Below, one piece after another: positions 9,997 through 20,315 of a DNA stretch of 64,000 nucleotides; positions within the stretch are counted from its first letter, which is position 1, and each line of letters starts with the position of its first letter. The stretch comes from Candidatus Moraniibacteriota bacterium. Its GTDB lineage: Bacteria > Patescibacteriota > Minisyncoccia > Moranbacterales > UBA2206. Position numbers and translations under genes: made by a program. The DNA lies in NCBI GenBank assembly GCA_049303905.1, contig JBAQNP010000039.1, positions 36,682-100,681 on the forward strand, written 5' to 3'. The notes under the pieces were generated by a model. It searched no databases. It was not told where the DNA came from and saw nothing but the letters and a program-made list of their open reading frames with translations.

Positions 9997-11034
9997 ATGA
10001 GTGAACTGGAGGAAATAAAAATAAAATCCAAGAAAAATCACCTGTGGCCTGTTTTTTTGATTATGGCGGTGCTTTTTTTGATTTTTTTCTCACAATATCC
10101 AATCAATTTGAAAACATTTTTCAGCGCCGGATCAACAGAAAATCAAACTGAAATTAAACAAGAACAACCCAAGATAACTTTGGAAGAAATTTCGGAAATA
10201 ACTAATACTACTCCAACAGAGGAAGCTCAAGGCGCGGGAAATAGTGAAGAAAATATTGTTTCAGAAGAAGTTATAAAAGAAGATTCTCCAAAGGAAGATG
10301 AAGAAAAAGAAGAAATTCCTAGGGCAGATTTAGTAATCGGACTTATCGCCGATGCGCATACTGGACAAAATAATGGCTTCTCTCATCTAAGCTATGTTCT
10401 TTTATCACTCAAAAAATATTCGGCGCCGGATATTGTTGTCGATCTAGGAGATCTCATTGAAAGTCGAAATGACGGATTTATTTCCAAGAAGAAAGCTATA
10501 GCTGATTACAAAAAAGCCAATTCTATGATTACTGCTTCTTTTCCAGTTTATCATGTCCTTGGCAACCATGAACTTCTTAGCCTAAGTAAAGACGACGTCA
10601 ATGATTTAAGGGGACGAAAAAATTATTACGCAGTCACTGTCAAGAATGGATATCGACTGATTGTTCTAGACGCAAATTATACTGACACAGAAGAACATAT
10701 TGACGCTAAGCACGCCGATGACTTCATCTATACCGGCACTCTTTCAAACAGACAGCTCAGTTTATTAGAAAGTGAATTGAAAAAAAATGAAAAAAATTTG
10801 ATTTTCATTCATCACCCTCTTTGGAATTTGACTAACAAAAATGAAGTTTCCAGAATTCTCAAAAAATATAAAGACAAAATAGTTATGACTGCCAACGGAC
10901 ACAAACATCCCTTGGAAATACAAGTAATTGATTTTGGTGGAGTAAAAAACTACAATATCCCTTCAGCCTTCCATCAAAAGGCCTACGCCGTAGCCAGAAT
11001 AAACGGTCTTGAGGTTCAGGTGAGTAATAAATAG
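9997..11034 (+). CDS. membrane-anchored calcineurin-like metallophosphoesterase
   Basis: N-terminal TM helix plus acidic linker, then MPE motifs DAH, GDLIE, GNHE, IHHP, GHKH. Confidence 0.8.
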   Translation: MSELEEIKIKSKKNHLWPVFLIMAVLFLIFFSQYPINLKTFFSAGSTENQTEIKQEQPKITLEEISEITNTTPTEEAQGAGNSEENIVSEEVIKEDSPKEDEEKEEIPRADLVIGLIADAHTGQNNGFSHLSYVLLSLKKYSAPDIVVDLGDLIESRNDGFISKKKAIADYKKANSMITASFPVYHVLGNHELLSLSKDDVNDLRGRKNYYAVTVKNGYRLIVLDANYTDTEEHIDAKHADDFIYTGTLSNRQLSLLESELKKNEKNLIFIHHPLWNLTNKNEVSRILKKYKDKIVMTANGHKHPLEIQVIDFGGVKNYNIPSAFHQKAYAVARINGLEVQVSNK

Positions 11035-11037
11035 TTT

Positions 11038-13212
11038 TTATTCAAGTGTCAGTATATCATAAGTTTTTTCATCCATATCTAACTGCAAAAGAACTCTATA
11101 GTCTACATTATCTATTTTTGTCCTAAAATCACCAGTATGCCAATGCCCAGAATAAACATAAGCCACTCCATTGTTATTAAATAATTCAACAAGCTCCTTA
11201 TTCCTTTCACGTATTTCCTTTTTTCCATTGTCGTTTTTAAAAACTGGACAATGCAAAAATACAATCTTTTTCTTGCTTGTTTCTAAAGATTTTTTAAGCC
11301 AATTCATTTGTTCTTCATCAACTTCCACGCATTCGTAATCATAACCATCACTGTCTCCAATTTTTAGATTATACAGAGCAATCATTCTCCAATTTCCATA
11401 ATCTGTATAAAAATATTTTTGATCTTCCAAGTATATATTTCCGTCATGATTTCCATTGACCCAAATAAAATCTTTTCCTGATTGCTTTTCATATTCTTTT
11501 AATAAGTTAGACATTTCATAGCTTGGTCGTTGTTGATTGTCCCCTGTCATTATTATAAATTTAGAGTTGATTGATTTCCCAACTAAATAATCGAGTTTTT
11601 CTTTCCATTTTCTCGGGTCATATTCCTCTCCCTCTGCAAGTTCTTTTCCAGCATGTAAATCAGTCGCAATGGTTATTTGAAATTTTCTATCTCCCCATCG
11701 ATAAACACTCCCATTCCCTATTCCCTCAATTTCTATTTTTTCTAAATTACTCTCTATGTATTTCAAGGCACCTTTTTTTATATTCTTCTTGTCGTCTTCA
11801 GAAAAAACAATCCATCCGCCTGGATTAGTTGAAATAATTTCCTGAAGTTTTTCCAATGACAAGGGGGTTCTTTTTGTATCGGTCGCAATAGGATACACTT
11901 TTATATTCTGCCCTCTCCAGTAATAGTTCCGCCCTCTTCGGGTTATAAGGGCATCATCCTTGTTTCTATTCTGAACAACATAACCATATATTTTTTTATA
12001 ATCCATTTCATCTTTTAGATAATTCCTATATAAACCATCGACACTAAAAAAATAAAAATAATTAGGAATCAAAAGAAGTAAAAGAATAAATGGCACAATA
12101 AAAGATTTCTTATCTCCCTTAAATCTATTTTTAATAAAACTTGAAAAATAATAAACTCCTGAGGAAAGTAAGATTATTTCAAAAGGTTTTATCAGATACA
12201 GATAGCGAACATTGGGTCTATGAGTCCAAAGAAAAACTGCCGCCAAAAGAATAACAAAGTATGAAAGTCCGACCCAAGTCATTTTTTTTCTTAAATTTTC
12301 CTCCCTTAATGAAAAATATAATCCAAAAATAATAAACAACAAAGATATCCAGTAAGAATTATAATCTATGGCTATTTTCTCAAAATATGAGAAATTATCC
12401 ATAAAAAATTCAATGTGTCCCAAACCTTTTATTATTATTTTATTTTCAAAAAATAAATAAGAGACAATGACCGAAACAGCACCGCTTGCTAGTATTATAA
12501 AATATTTATTTAAAAAATATTCCTTATCCTTAATAGAAAAATATAATTGAACAACCAAATAAGAAATAACTACTGGCGCAATATTAAGTGCGATTGCATG
12601 AATCTTTAGACTCACTAAGCCCAAAGTAATCACCGGAATAAACCATAAAATATTTAAGCCAGTTTGAGTATTTATTTTTTTTAAAATACTATTATTTCCC
12701 TTGTATTTCTCTTCTAAAAATCTAAATAAGGAGAATGAGAAAAGAAGAAAAATTGGAATAAACATAGCATACATTCGAAAAGTTCGATCAGCCTGAATTG
12801 AACAAATGTTAACTGCCAAGAAAAAAGCACTTAGAACTCCAATTATTTTTTTTCCGGAAAAATATGAACCGACAAAATAAATTGAAATAATTGAAATCAT
12901 CCCCCAGAAAATACTAATCAGACGCACTGACATTTCATTTAGTGGAAATACTTTCAATAATTGAGCAGTTTGCCAACGATAAACTATTGTGCGGTTATCT
13001 CGAGTTTTTTTTATATCCTCTACACTTGGAGCTTCAATATTGAAATCCCAAGCATGCCAATTTCCGGTTTTATGATATCCATAAGTTGCGTTAATATCTA
13101 AAAATTCATCAATCGCCAGAGTTGTCTCTCCTATTTTATGAAAACGTAAAAAAAATCCTAACGCCAATATAAGAACTATTGCAAAAATTATAATTTTTTT
13201 TTCTTTTTTCAT
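11038..13212 (-). CDS. fusion protein: GT-C-like polytopic membrane domain (DE motif) + C-terminal calcineurin-like metallophosphoesterase domain
   Basis: N-terminal ...AIDEFLDINATYGYHKTGNWHAWDF plus more than 10 TM helices, paralogous to the two downstream genes. C-terminal DLH, MTGDN, GNHDG, LHCP, GHWH motifs. Confidence 0.7.
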   Translation of the reverse strand: MKKEKKIIIFAIVLILALGFFLRFHKIGETTLAIDEFLDINATYGYHKTGNWHAWDFNIEAPSVEDIKKTRDNRTIVYRWQTAQLLKVFPLNEMSVRLISIFWGMISIISIYFVGSYFSGKKIIGVLSAFFLAVNICSIQADRTFRMYAMFIPIFLLFSFSLFRFLEEKYKGNNSILKKINTQTGLNILWFIPVITLGLVSLKIHAIALNIAPVVISYLVVQLYFSIKDKEYFLNKYFIILASGAVSVIVSYLFFENKIIIKGLGHIEFFMDNFSYFEKIAIDYNSYWISLLFIIFGLYFSLREENLRKKMTWVGLSYFVILLAAVFLWTHRPNVRYLYLIKPFEIILLSSGVYYFSSFIKNRFKGDKKSFIVPFILLLLLIPNYFYFFSVDGLYRNYLKDEMDYKKIYGYVVQNRNKDDALITRRGRNYYWRGQNIKVYPIATDTKRTPLSLEKLQEIISTNPGGWIVFSEDDKKNIKKGALKYIESNLEKIEIEGIGNGSVYRWGDRKFQITIATDLHAGKELAEGEEYDPRKWKEKLDYLVGKSINSKFIIMTGDNQQRPSYEMSNLLKEYEKQSGKDFIWVNGNHDGNIYLEDQKYFYTDYGNWRMIALYNLKIGDSDGYDYECVEVDEEQMNWLKKSLETSKKKIVFLHCPVFKNDNGKKEIRERNKELVELFNNNGVAYVYSGHWHTGDFRTKIDNVDYRVLLQLDMDEKTYDILTLE

Positions 13213-13230
13213 TTTATTATTATGCTTTAA

Positions 13231-14754
13231 TTATTTTCCCCAATGATAAATTGAAATGGAAGTAGGAATTTTTTTACTTTCAATCTTTTCAAGATTTTCT
13301 TTCAGATAATCCCGACCATCCTTACAAACAAAAACCTCGTCAATTTTCGGCAGAATAAATAGACCGCTTGGATTTTCAGCAATTGTTTTTTTCACAAATT
13401 CCAAACAATCTTTCTTCTCAAACGGCAATGTTTGCAGATCCAAAACTTTCACATCATCTCCGCGCCAATAATAACTGCGATAGGCTCGAGTGACAAGCAC
13501 GTCTCCATCTTTTTTGCTTTCCAAAATATGCGGAAAAATATTTTTAAAATCAGGATAATATGAATTTTTAGTATGAACATAGACATTGTTTTCTTTTTTG
13601 AAATAGGAAAAATCAAAAAGAGCCAAAAAAGCCATCAGAAAAACAATCGTCGCGATCATTCCTTTTTTCCCAAAACAACTTCGAATATAAATAGCCATTG
13701 CGTATACTCCGCCAGCAATCAGAATTGCTCCAAAAGATTGAATAAAATAAATATAGCGCTCAGAAGGAGTTCTAACCCAAGTAAAAATCGCAAACGTCAG
13801 CGGAACGAAAGCGGAAACAAAAAGAAAAACAGCTTCTTTTTTTCTCTCTAATTTTTTGAATAAATACCATGCTCCAATAAGCGCGAGAATAAAGGCGACA
13901 ATTGGCAAGTGAAAATCATTAAAATAATCAAAAAAATAGCGGGGATTAAATTCGAACAAAGCTACTTGTTTCTTGAAAGATTTGTAGAATTTAGCCAGAC
14001 TTGGCAATTGACTCACCGCGAGATACGTGGCAAGAATAAGCGCCAGAGTAATTGAGTATTTATTTATCTTATTTTTTTTCTCCCAAATAACCCAACCCGA
14101 AAAAGAAAAGGCTACTATGGTAAAAATAATATTAGCTGTGAGCATATGGACATTATAGCTAATAAATCCTGCCATAAGTGTCGGCAAAAAATAGAAAAAA
14201 TTGACATTAAATTTTTCAGAAATAAATTTGAACAATTTATTTTTCCCGACATATTTCGCTTCATAAAATTGATAGACTAACCAAGAAAAAATCAAATAGA
14301 CCGGAAAGAGCATTGAATACATTCGCAGACGCCGGCTATAAATTATTCCAGATTCTCCAATCGAAACCAGAAGTGCCGAAAGAAGTGCAATCCAATAATT
14401 ACCGGTAAAATATAGAGCGATAAAATAAACCGCCAAAATACTCAGTAGCCCCCAAAAAACACTCACGACGCGACTTGAGCTTTCGGTCGGTTCAAAAAAT
14501 TGGTAAATCTTTGCCAATTGCCAACGATAAATTTCTGCCCGTTCAGTGCTGGTTTCATCTTGAAGTTTTCCGCTAAAAGGTTTTTCACTTCCAAAGTCCC
14601 ATGCCACCCAATTGCCGGTTTTGAAATATCCATACGACGCATTAAGTTCAAAAAATTCATCCCGATCAAAAGAAGTATTTCCTAGATTATAAATCCGCAG
14701 TCCCGCGCCTAAAAAGATAATTAAAAATAACAATGCCAGTGATTTTTTTTTCAT
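13231..14754 (-). CDS. GT-C-like polytopic membrane protein (paralog 2 of tandem triplet)
   Basis: FDRDEFFELNASYGYFKTGNWVAWDF; the same architecture and conserved blocks as the 11038-13212 and 14774-16318 proteins; C-terminal soluble domain ending IYHWGK. Confidence 0.6.
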   Translation of the reverse strand: MKKKSLALLFLIIFLGAGLRIYNLGNTSFDRDEFFELNASYGYFKTGNWVAWDFGSEKPFSGKLQDETSTERAEIYRWQLAKIYQFFEPTESSSRVVSVFWGLLSILAVYFIALYFTGNYWIALLSALLVSIGESGIIYSRRLRMYSMLFPVYLIFSWLVYQFYEAKYVGKNKLFKFISEKFNVNFFYFLPTLMAGFISYNVHMLTANIIFTIVAFSFSGWVIWEKKNKINKYSITLALILATYLAVSQLPSLAKFYKSFKKQVALFEFNPRYFFDYFNDFHLPIVAFILALIGAWYLFKKLERKKEAVFLFVSAFVPLTFAIFTWVRTPSERYIYFIQSFGAILIAGGVYAMAIYIRSCFGKKGMIATIVFLMAFLALFDFSYFKKENNVYVHTKNSYYPDFKNIFPHILESKKDGDVLVTRAYRSYYWRGDDVKVLDLQTLPFEKKDCLEFVKKTIAENPSGLFILPKIDEVFVCKDGRDYLKENLEKIESKKIPTSISIYHWGK

Positions 14755-14773
14755 ATTTTTTTACCTTTAATTA

Positions 14774-16318
14774 TTACCAGCGATAAATATTCACGCCTCT
14801 CACCTGTGAATCTATTTTTTCCAAGTTTTCTTCCAGATATATTCGACCATTTTTGCAAACTGAGAGATGGTCAATCTCCGGCAAAACCACCATCCCACTT
14901 TCATTTTCAGAAATTATCTTGGCAAATGTTTCATCACAATTTTGTTTTTCCAACGGCAAAACTTTCACATCCAAAACCTTAACTTTCCAATCGGAAAAAT
15001 AGAAACTGCGATAAGCTCTTGTCACTAAAACATCCTCTGGTTTCAAATTATCCTTCACAACCGCAAAAACTTCTCTAAAATCAATGAAATTTGAAGATTG
15101 TCTTTGCTGATACAAATTATTATTACCGATAATATGTGAGTAATCAAGCGAGAAAAACATCAAAGTCGAAACGATCAGTGCAATTATCTTTTTATGGTTT
15201 TTGAATTTTTTAGCTAAAAAATAATAAAGCGCATAAATTCCAACGGCAGAAAAGATAATCCCGAATGATTGGATAAAATAGATATAGCGTGAAGCCGGTT
15301 CCCTTACCCAGGAAAAAACTGCATAGAAAAGCGGGACCATTGCCGAAAGGAAAATAAACAAAGCTTCCTTTTTGCGCTCAAGCCTAAACGCCAAGAACCA
15401 CCCACCTAAAAAGAAAAGCGCTATTCCTACGACGAGATATCTAAAATCAGTAAAAAAATATTCGATACTTCTGTAGTTGTCTTGCCAAAAACTTACCGCC
15501 TTATCAAAATCCTTATAGACTCCCCTAAAAAATATTTTCAAGAAAATAACGCCCGCTATCGCACCAAAAATAGTCAAAAAATATTTATTCAAAAAAATAT
15601 TTTTTTCTTTTTTCCAACTAAGCATCGCCCAAATGAAACAATATGCAATCAAAGAAAAAGCGATATGCACACTTAGCTCTTGAATTTCATAACTCACAAA
15701 ACCAACCAATGCCGTTGGCAAAATAAAATTTGGGTTGACTTTGAATTTTTGGTAAATTTTTTGGAAAAAAATTATCTTGCCCCTATAGGCAGATTCATAA
15801 AACTTAAATAGGCACCAAGAAAAAATGAGATAGATTGGAAATAGCATTGAATACATTCGAAGTCGTCGGCCAAAAATAATTTCCGACTCTCCAATAGCCA
15901 CCAGAAGTGCCGCCAGAAGTGCCACATAAAAATTTCCGGTAAAAGACAAAGTCACAAAATATATCGCGATAATACTCACGATCCCCCAAAAAACACTGAT
16001 AAGACGCGCGTTGCCTTCGGTTGGATGCATGACATTATACGACAATGCTAATGGAATTCGGAAAAGCTGGGCGCGAGTGTTACTATAATCTTTCTGTAAA
16101 GACGGTTCCAAGGGTTGATCTAAATTAAAATCCCACGCCAACCACTCCCCTGTTTTGAAATATCCATATGAGGTGTTGATATCAAAAAATTCATCGCGAG
16201 CAAAAGCTTCATCGTTCAATTTATATAAACGCAAAAAACATCCTATCAAAATAATAAGAAACAACACCGCAAGAAATCCATTTTTTTTTCTGCCTTTTAT
16301 AAACAATGCTTTTGACAA
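14774..16318 (-). CDS. GT-C-like polytopic membrane protein (paralog 3 of tandem triplet)
   Basis: FARDEFFDINTSYGYFKTGEWLAWDF; shared blocks RLRMYSMLFP, YIYFIQSFG and LVTRAYRS with its neighbours. Confidence 0.6.
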   Translation of the reverse strand: MSKALFIKGRKKNGFLAVLFLIILIGCFLRLYKLNDEAFARDEFFDINTSYGYFKTGEWLAWDFNLDQPLEPSLQKDYSNTRAQLFRIPLALSYNVMHPTEGNARLISVFWGIVSIIAIYFVTLSFTGNFYVALLAALLVAIGESEIIFGRRLRMYSMLFPIYLIFSWCLFKFYESAYRGKIIFFQKIYQKFKVNPNFILPTALVGFVSYEIQELSVHIAFSLIAYCFIWAMLSWKKEKNIFLNKYFLTIFGAIAGVIFLKIFFRGVYKDFDKAVSFWQDNYRSIEYFFTDFRYLVVGIALFFLGGWFLAFRLERKKEALFIFLSAMVPLFYAVFSWVREPASRYIYFIQSFGIIFSAVGIYALYYFLAKKFKNHKKIIALIVSTLMFFSLDYSHIIGNNNLYQQRQSSNFIDFREVFAVVKDNLKPEDVLVTRAYRSFYFSDWKVKVLDVKVLPLEKQNCDETFAKIISENESGMVVLPEIDHLSVCKNGRIYLEENLEKIDSQVRGVNIYRW

Positions 16319-16372
16319 TAGCCCTTAAATTCAATACTATATAATTATAAATAAAAATTTAAATATAATCAA

Positions 16373-18205
16373 ATGCTAAAAATCACCGCAAAAAACAAAG
16401 CCTACAAAAACATAAAATTTGCTTTTTTGTTTCTAATCGTCTATGCAATTTATTTTTCTTTTGGGTTTCACCACCTATCTCAATTTCAAACTGCCGATGA
16501 ACATTTGTGGATAGGAGAAAGAGTTTACACCTATTGGCATAGCCTCAATCCTAAAAATTGGTCCGACACAGTATTAAGCGACAAACCAGGTATATCGACA
16601 GCTCTAGTATCAGGAATTACGCTTTTTTGGGAAAAAAATCCGCAAAAAGATATTAGCAATATATTGAAAGTTGAATCTCTATATAAATCTTTTCGCCTGC
16701 CTTTTCTTTTCTTTAACGCTTTTTTTATGCTTTTTATTTTTTGGCTGATAAAAAAAATAACCCAAAATTTCTGGATTTCCTTTTGGTCTTTTTCTTTAAT
16801 GCTTCTTTCTCCTATTCTTTTAGGAATTTCACAAATTATTAATCCTGATTCATTATTCTGGCTTTTTTCGACAGCCACGCTCTTGAGTTTTATAGCTTAT
16901 TTAGAAACAGAAGAAAAAAAATTCATAGTTTTAGCGCCAATTTTTCTTGGATTGTCTCTTTTGACTAAATTTGTAAGTGTTATATTTTTCCCCTTTCTTT
17001 TTATCACTACTCTTATTTTTTGTCTATTAAATATTCCGAAATGGAAAGCGGATAAAACACCAATCAATAAGAAAATAATAAGAATTTCTATTTTTTATCT
17101 AACAACAATCATTGGATCACTCGCGGTTTTTTCCCTTTTTATGCCAGCGGTTTTTCTTGATAAACAACTTTTTTTTGATTATACAATTGGATATTCTTCG
17201 ATGAAAAAAATATTGCCACTCATACTTATTTTGCAATTTTTTCTCATTTTTGATGCTGTCAAATTAAAAAGTGAGATATCTCTCAAAATAATAAACTTTA
17301 TTCCTAAAAAATTCGAGGATATTTTTAGATTTCTTCCTCTACTATTATCACTAACTTTTATAGCAGTTATCATAAACTGGAACACGAATTTATTATTCTT
17401 AAATCCTGAGAATATCGTGAAGTATGCCACTCGCTCATCTGACTTTACCAAAGATTCTTTATTTTTAGAAAAATTACTATATCAATTTTATTCTTTCGTT
17501 TTTTCTCTTACTCCGCTTGTCATTATATTTCTACTATTTATTTGGATAAAACAAATATTCAAGAAAATAGATCTGATTTTTACCTCAATTATTCTTCAGT
17601 TATTTATAGTCGTTTTTTATTTCGCTTTAATTGCCGAAAAACTTCCCTCCACTGTTCGCTATAGCATCATTCTCTACCCACTCGCCTCAATTTTAGCTTC
17701 TTTTGGTATTTTTGAATTTTTTTCTCATAATAAACTAAAAAACATTAATAAAATTTATGTTTCACTAGCTATTATTGCCATAAGTTTTCTGAGTCTTTGG
17801 CAAATCAAACCTTTTTATTTCAGCTATATAAATTCCTTGCTTCCGGAGAAATACATTCTTTCGGGCGCTTGGGGCTATGGCGGATATGAAGCGGCTCAAT
17901 ATCTAAATTCATTACCAGACGCAAAAAATTTAGTAGTGTGGTCAGACTATGGCGGTTTTTCCAAATTTTTTCAAGGCACCACATATAGAGATTATATTTT
18001 AAAAAAAGATTTTAAGCCTGTGGAATATTATGTAATCTCTCAACAAGGAAAAATGATGTACGATTATTGGTGTAATAAAAGAAAAAGTACGTGTCAAAGA
18101 AAATATATTCCGCTGAATAATTTCCTGGAAACAAAAACTCCCGTTTGGGAAATGTATATCGGCGGAAGGCCGGATAATTTTATAAAAATATATAAAGCGG
18201 AATAG
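16373..18205 (+). CDS. GT-C fold membrane glycosyltransferase candidate (ArnT/PMT-like)
   Basis: 610 aa, polytopic; TADEHLW (DE) motif in the first extracytoplasmic loop, followed by a soluble C-terminal domain. Confidence 0.5.
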   Translation: MLKITAKNKAYKNIKFAFLFLIVYAIYFSFGFHHLSQFQTADEHLWIGERVYTYWHSLNPKNWSDTVLSDKPGISTALVSGITLFWEKNPQKDISNILKVESLYKSFRLPFLFFNAFFMLFIFWLIKKITQNFWISFWSFSLMLLSPILLGISQIINPDSLFWLFSTATLLSFIAYLETEEKKFIVLAPIFLGLSLLTKFVSVIFFPFLFITTLIFCLLNIPKWKADKTPINKKIIRISIFYLTTIIGSLAVFSLFMPAVFLDKQLFFDYTIGYSSMKKILPLILILQFFLIFDAVKLKSEISLKIINFIPKKFEDIFRFLPLLLSLTFIAVIINWNTNLLFLNPENIVKYATRSSDFTKDSLFLEKLLYQFYSFVFSLTPLVIIFLLFIWIKQIFKKIDLIFTSIILQLFIVVFYFALIAEKLPSTVRYSIILYPLASILASFGIFEFFSHNKLKNINKIYVSLAIIAISFLSLWQIKPFYFSYINSLLPEKYILSGAWGYGGYEAAQYLNSLPDAKNLVVWSDYGGFSKFFQGTTYRDYILKKDFKPVEYYVISQQGKMMYDYWCNKRKSTCQRKYIPLNNFLETKTPVWEMYIGGRPDNFIKIYKAE

Positions 18206-18227
18206 ATAAATTATTAAGTTCTAAAAA

Positions 18228-20309
18228 TTATTTCCTATTCTTCTCTTTCAAGTAGTACGGCACTGCAAAAAAACTCACCAGCATTTGCAAAAATCTTCCA
18301 AAGATTGCGATGGAAATGGCTGCTTCACCATCCACGCCAAAAATTCCAAAAAAAGCAATAAAGGACCATTCCTTAATACCGATATTACCAATACTCACAG
18401 GAATTGAAGAAGCAATGCTAATAATTGAGATGGCAATCATGAAATTAACAAAACTGATTGGGATATGCAGATCTAAAAATAGCATCCAAGTCGCTAAGCT
18501 CACTCCGACAAAATTAAAAATCATTCCCCAGGCCAAAGATTTTGTCAAAATTTCATTTCGTTGATAGGATAATATCTCCTGAATAATTTTGACTATTTTT
18601 TCCGGCAAGAATTTTTTCACTCCTTGCCAAATTGTCAATCGACGAATGATTATGAGCAAAAAATTAGCCACAAAAAAAAGAATGATTCCAATGTTTATCC
18701 CCAAAAGAAGATTACTCTCAAAAACAGTTTTTAAATTAAAAAGACTGAAAATTAGAATCAGCATCATTACACCAGCAAAACCTGTGATGCGATCAACTAA
18801 GACGGTCGAAGTGGCTTCTAAATATTTTCCACCTTCTGACTTACCAAGGGTATAGGAACGATAGGTGTCTCCGCCGATGATAGACGGAAAAAAATTATTT
18901 ATAAAAGCCCCGGTTAGATAAATTTTGAAAAGATCTTGGAATTTCATCTTAAATCCCTTAAAGTCAGCCAGAATTTTCCATTTATAGGAAGAAATTGCAA
19001 TTCCAAAAGCATAAATCAAAACAAAAGCTCCCATCCACCAAATATCCATTTTTTCAAAATATCCCAAAACCTCTTGCCAATCAACCTTGAAAAAAATCCA
19101 AGTCAAGAAAGCCGTCATAAAAACAAGCTTGAAAATAAATTTAATTTTGCTTTTATTTTGCTTTGGCGTTTCTTTTTTCTTTGAAACTTCTTCTAGAATT
19201 TCAAAATATTTTTTGGCGTTTTCACTCCAAGACATTTCTTCTGCCAACTTCCGACTCTTCCCAGACATTTCTTGGCGCAAATTTTCATCACTGATAATTT
19301 TCTCCAGAGAATCATAAATATCCTGGGAATTTTTTTTTCTTATGATAAAACCATTTCCACTCATTAGCTCAGCCGCTCCCGTATCAGTGGTTATAATTGG
19401 AAGTCCTGAGGCAAGGGCTTCTTGCGTCACATTGCCCAAGGCTTCACTTAATGACGGAAGTAGAAATATATGGGATTTTTGATAAATCCCAGCAATTTCA
19501 TCATGATTCACAATTCCCAAAAAAACAACTTTTTCTGACAAATTATTTTTTCTGACAAATTTTTCATATTCATCCTTCATTGGCCCTTCGCCCACAATAA
19601 GCAATCTAGCATTTGGATATTTTTTTGACAAATCTCGAAAAGCCGACAATGCATAGATTGCTCCTTTTCTTTCAATCAACCTTCCCACAAAAAGAATATT
19701 GAAAGTTTCTTCTTTTTTCAAAATTTCTTCATTTGGACAAAATTCTTTCGTATTTATTCCATTCCTAATGATTATTATTTCTTGATCGCCGGAGGTTTTT
19801 TTCGCTAAATTCGAAAGATCATTGCTTAGCGCCACTACTTTTTCTGCCTCCTTCCATATTTTTTTGCTCATCCGCCGAAAAAAAAGTTTATCCAAAAAAT
19901 TGAATCGTTCATTGTAGAATGGCACATCGCTTCCGCGAAGACTCACAATATACGGCAAGTCCAATTTTTTGGCAATATATCCACAAGGAATTCCAAAAAA
20001 AGCTAATGTAGCGTCAAATTTTTCTTTTTTATTCAATTTTTTAGAAAACCAATAGGCTTTCCAAGAATACACCAGTAAATCCCTATTTGTTTGAAAATGC
20101 ATTTTAGAATTACTTTTTCCAATTGGCAATTTATGAATTCGAATATTCTCCCCTATTTTTTCCAAATGATATTTCCTATCAGCCGATGACGTGACTAAAT
20201 CTACCCGGAGATCGGGAATTTTAGAAAATTCTTGCAGAAGATAGAACACGGCATTGCCCGCTCCTCCACCGAGTGGCGGATATTCATAATTCAAAATTAG
20301 TATTCTCAT
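18228..20309 (-). CDS. fusion: GT4 glycosyltransferase + C-terminal lysylphosphatidylglycerol-synthase-TM / UPF0104 flippase-like membrane domain
   Basis: N-terminal MRILILNYEYPPLGGGAGN...GNVTQEALASGLPIITTDTG (GT4); C-terminal 300 aa polytopic, with FFPSIIGGDTYRSYTL typical of PF03706-like domains. Confidence 0.65.
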   Translation of the reverse strand: MRILILNYEYPPLGGGAGNAVFYLLQEFSKIPDLRVDLVTSSADRKYHLEKIGENIRIHKLPIGKSNSKMHFQTNRDLLVYSWKAYWFSKKLNKKEKFDATLAFFGIPCGYIAKKLDLPYIVSLRGSDVPFYNERFNFLDKLFFRRMSKKIWKEAEKVVALSNDLSNLAKKTSGDQEIIIIRNGINTKEFCPNEEILKKEETFNILFVGRLIERKGAIYALSAFRDLSKKYPNARLLIVGEGPMKDEYEKFVRKNNLSEKVVFLGIVNHDEIAGIYQKSHIFLLPSLSEALGNVTQEALASGLPIITTDTGAAELMSGNGFIIRKKNSQDIYDSLEKIISDENLRQEMSGKSRKLAEEMSWSENAKKYFEILEEVSKKKETPKQNKSKIKFIFKLVFMTAFLTWIFFKVDWQEVLGYFEKMDIWWMGAFVLIYAFGIAISSYKWKILADFKGFKMKFQDLFKIYLTGAFINNFFPSIIGGDTYRSYTLGKSEGGKYLEATSTVLVDRITGFAGVMMLILIFSLFNLKTVFESNLLLGINIGIILFFVANFLLIIIRRLTIWQGVKKFLPEKIVKIIQEILSYQRNEILTKSLAWGMIFNFVGVSLATWMLFLDLHIPISFVNFMIAISIISIASSIPVSIGNIGIKEWSFIAFFGIFGVDGEAAISIAIFGRFLQMLVSFFAVPYYLKEKNRK

Positions 20310-20315
20310 AGTTTA

